A stretch of 64,000 bases of DNA from a bacterium (GTDB lineage: Bacteria; Bacillota_I; Bacilli_A; RF39; UBA660), in contig JAQXPH010000033.1 in the NCBI GenBank assembly GCA_029100545.1, forward strand, positions 9,672-73,671, written 5' to 3'. The notes beneath the pieces were generated by a model. That model was not told where the DNA came from, did no database searches, and was given only the letters and a program-made list of their open reading frames with translations. Positions 47,705 through 55,984 of the stretch are shown here, piece after piece (position 1 is the stretch's first letter; each line of letters begins with the position of its first letter). The translations under genes were made by a program, and so were the position numbers.

Positions 47705-48221
47705 TAATAGACCTAATAAAGAAGAATATTATATGGCAATTGCTCATTTAGCCTCTCTTAGAAGTACATGTTTATCTCGAAAAGTTGGAGCAATAATTGT
47801 TAAAGATGATAATCCTATTTCATTTGGTTTTAATGGTCCTGCTAGAGGGGTTACGCATTGCGAAGATTTAGGCGGATGCCGAAGAAGGGCTATGAGTGAT
47901 TATGCATCAGGTAAATATTTAGAATTATGTCCAGCTTCTCATGCCGAACAAAATGCAATTGCTTTTGCCGCAAGACATGGTATATCAATTGTAGGTGCCA
48001 CTGTTTATGTAAATACTTTTCCATGTAAAGATTGTATGAATTCAATTATTAATAGTGGTATTACAAAAATTGTTTATGATGCAAATTATGATGCTTCCTT
48101 ATCAAAAGAAATTGTTAATAATACAAATATTGAAGTTGTTAAATATGAAGGAAGATCTTTACAAGAAATATTAATTGAAATGGGATATATTAATATAGAA
48201 GAAAAAACAAAATCTAGATAA
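47697..48221 (+). CDS. comEB: dCMP deaminase (ComEB-type cytidine/deoxycytidylate deaminase)
   Basis: Zinc motifs SHAEQNAI and PCKDCMNSI. Occupies the slot normally held by ylxQ. Confidence 0.85.
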   Translation: MNNNRPNKEEYYMAIAHLASLRSTCLSRKVGAIIVKDDNPISFGFNGPARGVTHCEDLGGCRRRAMSDYASGKYLELCPASHAEQNAIAFAARHGISIVGATVYVNTFPCKDCMNSIINSGITKIVYDANYDASLSKEIVNNTNIEVVKYEGRSLQEILIEMGYINIEEKTKSR

Positions 48222-48240
48222 AAGAAAGGATGGGATATCT

Positions 48241-50346
48241 ATGAATATTAAAGATTATGCAAAGGATGTAAATTTATCAGTAGCGGAAGTATTAAGAAAA
48301 TGTAGTGAACTTGGTATAAAAGCAGATGCAAATGCTATTTTATCTGATGATGATATTATTATGCTTGATAATACTATTAATTTAATTAGTACAAATAAAG
48401 AAACTACCTATGAAGAAGAAGATCAAATCGATGATGTTATTGAAAAAGTTTTACAAAGTGAAAATATTGATAAAACTGATTCTCTTGTTGCTACTGCTAA
48501 ACAAAAATTAAAGAAAAAAGATAGTAATAATAATGAATTTAAAAATTTAAAAAAGCAAATGTATAAAAATAAAACAAAATTAATGAGTAATAGTAAAGAA
48601 GATAACATTGTTTTATATGAAAATAATATGACAGTTGCTGATTTTGCTAATGTTTTAGGAGTATCTTCAAACGATATAATTAAAAAATTAATGAGTTTAG
48701 GATTAATGCTATCAATTAATGCACCAATTGATTTTGAAAATGCTGAAATTGTTGCTCTTGATTATAATAAAACACTTAAAAGAAAAGAAAGTCAAGATAT
48801 CTCAGATTTTGATAATTACGAAGTAATAGATAATGAAGAAGATTTAGTTTCAAGACCTGCTATTGTAACAATAATGGGACATGTTGATCATGGTAAAACA
48901 ACACTTCTTGATTATATTAGATCTTCAAATATAGCCTCTAGTGAAGCTGGAGGAATTACACAAGCAATAGGTGCTTATCAAATTACCAAAGATAATAATA
49001 AAATTACATTTATAGACACTCCAGGTCATGCTGCTTTTACTCAAATGCGTGCAAGAGGTGCAAGTGTAACTGATATTGTAATTATTATTGTGGCAGCTGA
49101 TGATGGTGTTATGCCTCAAACAAAGGAAGCAATCGATCATGCTAAAAGTGCAGGTGTACCAATCATTGTTGCTGTTAATAAAATTGATAAACCAGATTCA
49201 AATATTGAAAGAGTTTATACACAAATGGCTGAGGAAGGTATTACTCCAGAAAGTTGGGGTGGAGATTATCCATTTATAAATATTTCTGCTAAAACTGGCG
49301 AAGGAGTTGATAAACTTCTAGATACAATACTTGCTATTGCAGAAGTTAAAGAACTTAAAGCAAATCCATCAAGATATGCTTTAGGTGCTGTTATTGAAGA
49401 AAAACTAGATAAAAATGTTGGTGGTATAGCCTCATTTTTAATCCTTAATGGAACACTTCGTTTAGGAGACCCTGTTGTTGTTGGTACAACATATGGAAAA
49501 GTAAGAACAATGAAAAACGATAGGGGAGAAAATATTGTTGAAGCTGGCCCATCTACCCCTGTAGAAATAACAGGACTTAATGATACACCTAGAGCCGGAG
49601 ATAAATTTATGGCATTTGAAACAATTGAAGAAGCAAAAAGTGTTTCTATCAAAAGAAAAAATGCTGAAGATGCTAAAAAAGGTGAAAAGAAATCACTTTC
49701 TCTTGATGAATTATTTGATAGCATAAATAAAGGTCAAAAAGAAATAGCTGTAGTTTTAAAAGCTGATGTTAGAGGTTCAGAAGAAGCAGTAAAAAATTCA
49801 TTAGAAAAAATTAAAGTAGAGGATGTTAGAGTAAAAATTATAAGAAGTGGTATAGGACCTATTTCTGAAAGTGATATAGTTCTTGCTAGTGCTTCTAAAG
49901 CAATTGTTATTGGATTTAATGTTGTTCCATCTTCTGATGCAAAAGATATGGCAAAAGAATATGGAATTGATATAAGACTTTATACAATTATTTATAAATT
50001 AGTCGAGGACATTGAAGCAGCTTTAACTGGAATGCTTGATCCTAAATTTGAAGAAAAGAAAATTGGTGCTTGTGAAGTAAGACAAATTTTCAAATTTTCT
50101 AAAGTTGGTAATATAGCAGGAGTATACGTTACTGAAGGCTTAGTAAAAAATAATGCAAATGTTCGAGTTATTCGTGATTCAACTGTTTTAGTCGACACTA
50201 AAATATCTTCAATTCAAAGAGGCAAAGATCAAGTAAAAGAAGTTAAAAAAGGCTTTGAATGTGGTATAACTTTAGAAAAATATGATGACTTTAAACCAAA
50301 AGATATCTTTGAAGTTTATGTAATGGAGGAAATAAAACGTGCCTAG
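48241..50346 (+). CDS. infB: translation initiation factor IF-2
   Basis: RPAIVTIMGHVDHGKTTLLD, DTPGHAAF and NKID G-domain motifs, plus a conserved C-terminus. Confidence 0.98.
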   Translation: MNIKDYAKDVNLSVAEVLRKCSELGIKADANAILSDDDIIMLDNTINLISTNKETTYEEEDQIDDVIEKVLQSENIDKTDSLVATAKQKLKKKDSNNNEFKNLKKQMYKNKTKLMSNSKEDNIVLYENNMTVADFANVLGVSSNDIIKKLMSLGLMLSINAPIDFENAEIVALDYNKTLKRKESQDISDFDNYEVIDNEEDLVSRPAIVTIMGHVDHGKTTLLDYIRSSNIASSEAGGITQAIGAYQITKDNNKITFIDTPGHAAFTQMRARGASVTDIVIIIVAADDGVMPQTKEAIDHAKSAGVPIIVAVNKIDKPDSNIERVYTQMAEEGITPESWGGDYPFINISAKTGEGVDKLLDTILAIAEVKELKANPSRYALGAVIEEKLDKNVGGIASFLILNGTLRLGDPVVVGTTYGKVRTMKNDRGENIVEAGPSTPVEITGLNDTPRAGDKFMAFETIEEAKSVSIKRKNAEDAKKGEKKSLSLDELFDSINKGQKEIAVVLKADVRGSEEAVKNSLEKIKVEDVRVKIIRSGIGPISESDIVLASASKAIVIGFNVVPSSDAKDMAKEYGIDIRLYTIIYKLVEDIEAALTGMLDPKFEEKKIGACEVRQIFKFSKVGNIAGVYVTEGLVKNNANVRVIRDSTVLVDTKISSIQRGKDQVKEVKKGFECGITLEKYDDFKPKDIFEVYVMEEIKRA

Positions 50347-50701
50347 TCTAAATGTAAAAAGAATAGAAAGTGATATTGAAAAATATATTCCACTTATTAT
50401 TCAAAGAGAATGTCATGATGAATTAATTAAAACTATTACTATAACAAGTTGTAAACTTTCTAAAGATTTTAGTTATTGTAAAGTTTATTTTACTTCTCTT
50501 TCACCTTTAAGTAAAAAAGAAATTGAAAAAGAAGTAAATGAAGCAAGTTCATTTATAAGAGGTAAACTTGCTGGTTTAATTGATGCAAGAAGTATACCTT
50601 TTTTAGAGTTTACCTATGATGAAAGTATTGAATATGGTAATAAAATAGAAAATATTATTAAAAAAATACATGAAAAAGATAATAAAGATAGTTTAGATTA
50701 A
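50339..50701 (+). CDS. rbfA: ribosome-binding factor RbfA
   Basis: Position after infB, 120 aa, KH-like ITITSCKLSKDFSYCKVYF. GTG start. Confidence 0.85.
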   Translation: MPSLNVKRIESDIEKYIPLIIQRECHDELIKTITITSCKLSKDFSYCKVYFTSLSPLSKKEIEKEVNEASSFIRGKLAGLIDARSIPFLEFTYDESIEYGNKIENIIKKIHEKDNKDSLD

Positions 50702-50734
50702 ATTATCTTTTTCCTTGTTTAAGAAAGGTAATTT

Positions 50735-51574
50735 ATGGATGGAATAATTTTAATAAATAAAGAAATTTATAAAACAAGTAGAGATGAAATAAATACTTTA
50801 TGTCATATATTTAATACAAAAAAAATTGGCCATACCGGTACTTTAGATCCAATTGCTACTGGTGTTTTAGTGGTTTGTATTAATAAATATACAAAACTTG
50901 TAAATATTTTAATGAGTTTAGAAAAAGAATATATTGCTAAAATAAAATTAGGTATAAAAACTGATACTTTAGATATTACAGGTAATATATTAGAACAAAG
51001 AAAATGTAATGTTACTAAAAAAGATATTGAAAAAGTTTTAAAAAGTTTTATTGGTATTTATAAACAAACTATTCCTCTTTATTCTGCGAAAAAAATTAAT
51101 GGTAAAAAACTATATGAATATGCAAGAAATAATGAAAATGTAAAATTACCTACTAATGAAGTAGAAATATATGATTTAAAATTAATATCTTTTGAAAATG
51201 ATGAAATAACTATAAAATGTAATGTTTCAAAAGGAACTTATATTCGTAGTTTAATTCAAAGTATTTGTGATAGTTTAAATGTAATTGGAACTATGTCAAA
51301 TCTTATAAGAACTAAACAAGGTAAATTTGATATAAATGATTCTTACACTATTGAAGAAGTTAAAAATGGTAATTTTAAATTATTAAAAGCGAAAGATATT
51401 TTAAATTATAAAATATATAATCTTAATGATTTAGAATATAAAAAAGTAAAAAATGGTAATCATATATTTATAGATAGTAATGAAGAAAATTTAATTTTAA
51501 CATATAATGATAATGAACTTGCTATATATAAAAAAAGTAAAGATATGTACATTCCGAGTATAATGTTAATTTAG
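50735..51574 (+). CDS. truB: tRNA pseudouridine(55) synthase TruB
   Basis: KIGHTGTLDPIATGVLVVCI and the YSAKKINGKKLYEYAR motif. Confidence 0.92.
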   Translation: MDGIILINKEIYKTSRDEINTLCHIFNTKKIGHTGTLDPIATGVLVVCINKYTKLVNILMSLEKEYIAKIKLGIKTDTLDITGNILEQRKCNVTKKDIEKVLKSFIGIYKQTIPLYSAKKINGKKLYEYARNNENVKLPTNEVEIYDLKLISFENDEITIKCNVSKGTYIRSLIQSICDSLNVIGTMSNLIRTKQGKFDINDSYTIEEVKNGNFKLLKAKDILNYKIYNLNDLEYKKVKNGNHIFIDSNEENLILTYNDNELAIYKKSKDMYIPSIMLI

Positions 51575-51633
51575 TTTACTTGCATTTTAAATATTAACAT
51601 GCTAAAATTAAAGAGAATAAAGAGGTGTTTACT

Positions 51634-52737
51634 ATGAAAGAATTTATTGTAAATTTATATGCAAATAAGTATTTTCCTATATATTTAGGTATTATAATTA
51701 TAGTATTACTTATTGCATTTTTTATTGTATTCTTTTTAGGAAAAAAAGATCAAAAAAAGATTGAAGAAACTCAAAGGCTTAATAAAGAAGATTTGCAAAA
51801 AGGTAATGTTAAAAATGTAAGTAGCGAATCAAATAATAGTGTGGTAGTTCAAAGTAATATTGTAAATGATTCTAAAAATAATAATGTTGAAGTTAAAAAT
51901 GATAATATTCCTGTAACAAATAATACTACAAATGAAAATATAAATGCTGAAAAAACTCCAATTGTAAATAGTGCAACACAAATAACAAATAATGTACCTA
52001 ATAAGCAAATTGTTGAAGTAGATAATACACCAAAAGTAAGTACTCCTACTCAAAGTAGTATTAATAATACTTTACAAAATCAAACACCAAGTAGTAATGA
52101 AGTAAAAACTAGTTCACAAAGTTTAAATGAAAATATTATATCAATAACACCTGTTCAAAATAAACAAGTTAATAATCCTACAAATAATAGTATAAATAAT
52201 AATTTAATATCTAATATAAATGAGGTAAAAACAGTTAATCAAAAAGATATCGTAATGCCTGAAGCAGAAAAAACACCAATTAATTTTAATAGTGAAATAA
52301 AAAAAGAAACTCAACAAAATAATGATGATGATTCATATAAAGCCTCAAGTAGTAAATTAGATAATTCTAGTCAAAACGCTTTGAATCGTTTTCAAAATAT
52401 TGCTTCTTCAATTGATAAAGAATTAACTGAACTTGAAAACAAACAAAAAACATTTAATCAAAAAAATACTATTATTGAAAATAATAATTTAAATATTAGT
52501 AATGAACCTATTAAGGAAGAACCTAAAGTAGTAGAAGAAAAAAAAGAAAGTAATACAACTGTAGTAAATAATGTTTATAGTTCAGTTTATGTACCTAATA
52601 AAAATGTTGTTGAAAATAAAGATGTTCAAATTGATAATAATATAGATTATGATGAAACAATGAGTATTGAACTTCCTAAATTAAAAGAAGAACCAATTTT
52701 AAAAGATGAAGAAAAAGATGAGTTTAAATTTATTTAA
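51634..52737 (+). CDS. membrane-anchored low-complexity (N/Q/T/S-rich) protein
   Basis: One N-terminal TM, then a long biased-composition region. The SD AAGAGGTG precedes ATG 51634. Confidence 0.5.
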   Translation: MKEFIVNLYANKYFPIYLGIIIIVLLIAFFIVFFLGKKDQKKIEETQRLNKEDLQKGNVKNVSSESNNSVVVQSNIVNDSKNNNVEVKNDNIPVTNNTTNENINAEKTPIVNSATQITNNVPNKQIVEVDNTPKVSTPTQSSINNTLQNQTPSSNEVKTSSQSLNENIISITPVQNKQVNNPTNNSINNNLISNINEVKTVNQKDIVMPEAEKTPINFNSEIKKETQQNNDDDSYKASSSKLDNSSQNALNRFQNIASSIDKELTELENKQKTFNQKNTIIENNNLNISNEPIKEEPKVVEEKKESNTTVVNNVYSSVYVPNKNVVENKDVQIDNNIDYDETMSIELPKLKEEPILKDEEKDEFKFI

Positions 52738-52797
52738 AAAACTTATCTTTTTTATTTTACATTTAAAAATTATATTTATGTAAAGTGTCATTGCCAA
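52727..52797 (+). repeat. ~70-nt direct repeat, copy A
   Basis: AATTTATTTAAAAAACTTATC(T6)ATTTTACATTTAAAAATTATATTTATGTAAAGTGTCATTGCCAA. Copy B at 53969-54038 differs by two substitutions and T6/T5. Confidence 0.9.
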
Positions 52798-52915
52798 TAG
52801 GTGCTGATTATATTTATTTTGGTAAAGAAAAAATAGTAGGAAAACAAATTGCACATTAAGAAAAAAAGTAAAAATTAATGTGATATAATTAATAAGATAT
52901 GAGGAGAAGTGTATA

Positions 52916-53173
52916 TTGTATATACCTGGATTAACCGGAAATTTCTTTGAATCAAAATTTCCAAGAAAAATAGGGGAAGAAAGTATTAAAAGAGGCTATG
53001 ATTTCTTGTTTAGTCATAATCAAGGTTCCTTTCAAATAATTGACTTCCCATTTTTAAGAGAGAATGGAAAGTTGAAATCAAAAACTAAGGGTGCTACTTA
53101 TGAAAAGTTTGAGGATTGTGTTTTTGATATAGATAGATTCTGGGGTACTGCTAAATATGATTTCGCTGAATGA
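52916..53173 (+). pseudogene. fragment of an alpha/beta-hydrolase-like gene
   Basis: 85-aa ORF with a TTG start (YIPGLTGNFFES...). It looks like an internal piece of a larger hydrolase and lacks both ends. Weak call. Confidence 0.3.
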
Positions 53174-53214
53174 TTTAAAATAAAAAAATTTTTTTTATGA
53201 AATAGGAGGAGAGA

Positions 53215-53934
53215 ATGAAAAGACCAATTATTATCGCTGGACCTTGTGCAGTTGAGTCAGAAGAACAAATAATTAGAATAGCAATTGAACTAAAAAAAAT
53301 AGGTATTGATTATTTAAGAGGTGGTGCTTTTAAACCGAGAACTAATCCAAATAGTTTTCAAGGTTTAGGAGATTTGGGAATAAAATACTTATTGGAAGCT
53401 AAAAAGATCACAGGACTACCTATTGTTACTGAATTAATGACCATTGAACAAGTTAGAAAATATGCTGATGAAATTGATATTATTCAAATAGGTAGTAGAA
53501 ATATGTACAATTACGAACTTTTAAAGGAACTAGGTAAGTATTCAAAACCAATTCTTTTAAAACGTGGAATTAGTGCAACTTATAATGAATGGATTAATGC
53601 TGCTAAATATATTAATAATGGAAAAAATGTTATATTATGTGAAAGAGGAATTCGAAGTTTTGATTTGTCTACTAGAAATGTATTAGATATACAAGCGATT
53701 CCTTACATAAAGAAAAATACTAATTTTGATATTTTCATTGATCCAAGCCATGCTGCTGGAAACGATTACATGATAGAACCAATGTCATTGGCATCTGTTA
53801 TTGCTGGATGTGATGGACTTATAATTGAAGTGCATGATAAACCAGAAGAGGCATTATGTGATAAAGAACAGGCAATAACAATTAATACTTTAAAATCTAT
53901 AATGAAAAAAATAAATAAATTATTGGGTGATTAG
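53215..53934 (+). CDS. 3-deoxy-7-phosphoheptulonate (DAHP) synthase, type I-beta, catalytic core only
   Basis: [43 protein letters not shown] and IDPSH motifs. KDO8P synthase is the alternative in the same fold family. Confidence 0.8.
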   Translation: MKRPIIIAGPCAVESEEQIIRIAIELKKIGIDYLRGGAFKPRTNPNSFQGLGDLGIKYLLEAKKITGLPIVTELMTIEQVRKYADEIDIIQIGSRNMYNYELLKELGKYSKPILLKRGISATYNEWINAAKYINNGKNVILCERGIRSFDLSTRNVLDIQAIPYIKKNTNFDIFIDPSHAAGNDYMIEPMSLASVIAGCDGLIIEVHDKPEEALCDKEQAITINTLKSIMKKINKLLGD

Positions 53935-53968
53935 TTTATGCCAAAAAAAGATAAGAAAAAAATGCTAG

Positions 53969-54038
53969 AATTTATTTAAAAAACTTATCTTTTTATTTTA
54001 CATTTAAAAATTATATTTATGTAAAGTATCGTTGCCAA
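53969..54038 (+). repeat. ~70-nt direct repeat, copy B (contains the parE -35 element)
   Basis: See copy A. Ends at TTGCCA. Confidence 0.9.
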
Positions 54039-54060
54039 AAATAATTTTTTTCATTATAAT
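54032..54060 (+). promoter_or_regulatory. promoter of parE-parC
   Basis: TTGCCA-17 nt-TATAAT, 16 nt upstream of the SD AAGGTGG. Confidence 0.6.
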
Positions 54061-54076
54061 AATTTAAGGTGGTAGT

Positions 54077-55981
54077 ATGGCAAAATATGATGAATCATCA
54101 ATTAAAATACTTGAAGGCTTAGATGCAGTAAGAAAAAGACCAGGTATGTATATTGGTTCTACTGATAAAAGAGGTCTTCATCATTTAGTATGGGAAATTG
54201 TTGATAATGCAATGGATGAAGTTATAAATGGTTTTGGTAATTATATAAAAATAATAATTAATAAAGATAATTCAATTACAGTTGCAGATAATGGTCGTGG
54301 TGTTCCTATTGGAATGCATGCTTCAGGAAAAAGTACACCTGAAGTAATTTATACAATACTTCATGCCGGTGGTAAATTTACTGAAGATGGCTATAAAGTT
54401 TCTGGTGGACTACATGGTGTTGGTGCATCTGTTGTTAATGCATTAAGCAAGGAAATGACTGTTGTAATATATCGTGATGGAAAAATTAGTGAAATAGATT
54501 TTGAAAATGGTGGTAAAGTAAAAAATCCTTTAAGAACTATTGGAGAAAGTAAAAAAACTGGAACAATAGTTAAATTTAAACCAGATGATGAAATATTTAA
54601 AAATTTAAATTTTTCATATACAACAATTTGTGAAAGAATGCAAGAAAGTGCTTTTTTACTTCCTGGTCTTACTATTGAAGTAATTGATGAAGCAGATAAA
54701 AAAGAAGTTAAGTATCATTATGATAATGGTTTAACTAGTTTTGTTGAATATATTAATGAAGATAAAACTCCACTTCATAAAGTAATAAGCTATAATGGAA
54801 CAAAAAATGATATTGAAGTTAGTGTTGCACTTCAATATACAGATACTTATCAAGAAAATATTTTGTCATTTGTAAATAATGTAAAAACAATTGATGGTGG
54901 TTCTCATGAAGTTGGTTTTAAAACGGGAATTACTAAAGCATTTAATGATTATGCAAAAAATAATAATCTTTTTAAAGGTAAGGATTATTCATTAGATGGA
55001 GCTGATGTACGAGAAGGACTTACTGCGGTAATTAGTCTTAAAATACCTGAAGAACATCTTCAGTTTGAAGGGCAAACTAAAGGTAAACTTGGTACACCAG
55101 AAGCAAGAAGTATTACAGAAAGTATTACATACGACTCTCTTAAATTTTATTTGGAAGAAAATAAAGAAGTGGCATTAAATATAGTTGATAAAGCAATGAA
55201 AAGTAAAACAGCAAGAGAAGCTGCCCGAAAAGCAAGAGAAGAAGCAAGAAATGGTAAAAATAAAAGTAAAATAGAAAAAAATTTATCAGGTAAACTTGCT
55301 CCAGCCCAAAGTAAAAATTCTAAGATTAATGAACTTTTCTTAGTTGAGGGTAATTCAGCAGGTGGTAGTGCTAAAGGTGGTAGAGATCGTAAATTCCAAG
55401 CTATTTTACCATTAAGAGGAAAAGTTATTAATGCCGATAAAGCAGCAAGTGAAGAACTATTTAAAAATGAAGAGATTAATACATTGATATATACAATAGG
55501 AGCTGGTGTGGGTCAAAGTTTTGATGTTAGTGAATCAAACTATGATAAAGTTATAATCATGACTGATGCCGATGTAGATGGAGCACATATTCAAATACTA
55601 CTTTTAACATTTTTCTATCGTTATATGAGACCTCTTATTGAAACAGGACACTTATATATTGCCTTACCTCCATTATATAAACTTGATTATGGTAAAAAAA
55701 TATTTTATGCTTACACTGATGATGAACTTAATGAAATAAAAAGAAATAACTGTGGAAAATATTCCATTCAAAGATATAAAGGACTTGGTGAAATGAATCC
55801 AGAACAACTTTGGGAAACTACAATGAATCCTGAAACAAGAATGCTTATTAGAGTAAATATTAATGATGCTGCTTTAGCAGAAAAAAGAGTTAGCGTTTTA
55901 ATGGGGGATAAAGTTGAACCTAGAAAAGAATGGATTAATGAAAATGTAGTATTTACTATGGAAGATGATTATAGGGGATAA
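54077..55981 (+). CDS. parE: type IIA topoisomerase ATPase subunit (topoisomerase IV ParE inferred)
   Basis: LEGLDAVRKRPGMYIGST, GGLHGVGASVVNALS, EGNSAGGSAK and PLRGKVINA. Called parE because the partner lacks a GyrA box. Confidence 0.8.
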   Translation: MAKYDESSIKILEGLDAVRKRPGMYIGSTDKRGLHHLVWEIVDNAMDEVINGFGNYIKIIINKDNSITVADNGRGVPIGMHASGKSTPEVIYTILHAGGKFTEDGYKVSGGLHGVGASVVNALSKEMTVVIYRDGKISEIDFENGGKVKNPLRTIGESKKTGTIVKFKPDDEIFKNLNFSYTTICERMQESAFLLPGLTIEVIDEADKKEVKYHYDNGLTSFVEYINEDKTPLHKVISYNGTKNDIEVSVALQYTDTYQENILSFVNNVKTIDGGSHEVGFKTGITKAFNDYAKNNNLFKGKDYSLDGADVREGLTAVISLKIPEEHLQFEGQTKGKLGTPEARSITESITYDSLKFYLEENKEVALNIVDKAMKSKTAREAARKAREEARNGKNKSKIEKNLSGKLAPAQSKNSKINELFLVEGNSAGGSAKGGRDRKFQAILPLRGKVINADKAASEELFKNEEINTLIYTIGAGVGQSFDVSESNYDKVIIMTDADVDGAHIQILLLTFFYRYMRPLIETGHLYIALPPLYKLDYGKKIFYAYTDDELNEIKRNNCGKYSIQRYKGLGEMNPEQLWETTMNPETRMLIRVNINDAALAEKRVSVLMGDKVEPRKEWINENVVFTMEDDYRG

Positions 55982-55984
55982 TTT

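Noticed and set aside
48423-50198. Five track ORFs inside infB (48423-48608, 48925-49140, 49088-49279, 49266-49724, 49992-50198)
   Set aside because: All are out of frame with or antisense to infB, which is unambiguous.
51829-52053. Minus-strand ORF inside the low-complexity protein gene
   Set aside because: It is antisense and composed of I/N/Y repeats generated by the biased sequence.
8490-54030. A TGTAAA regulon linking ssb, the XRE gene and parE
   Set aside because: A rough base-composition estimate predicts on the order of a hundred chance occurrences of the hexamer in this window. Only the exact 18-mer duplication is treated as meaningful.
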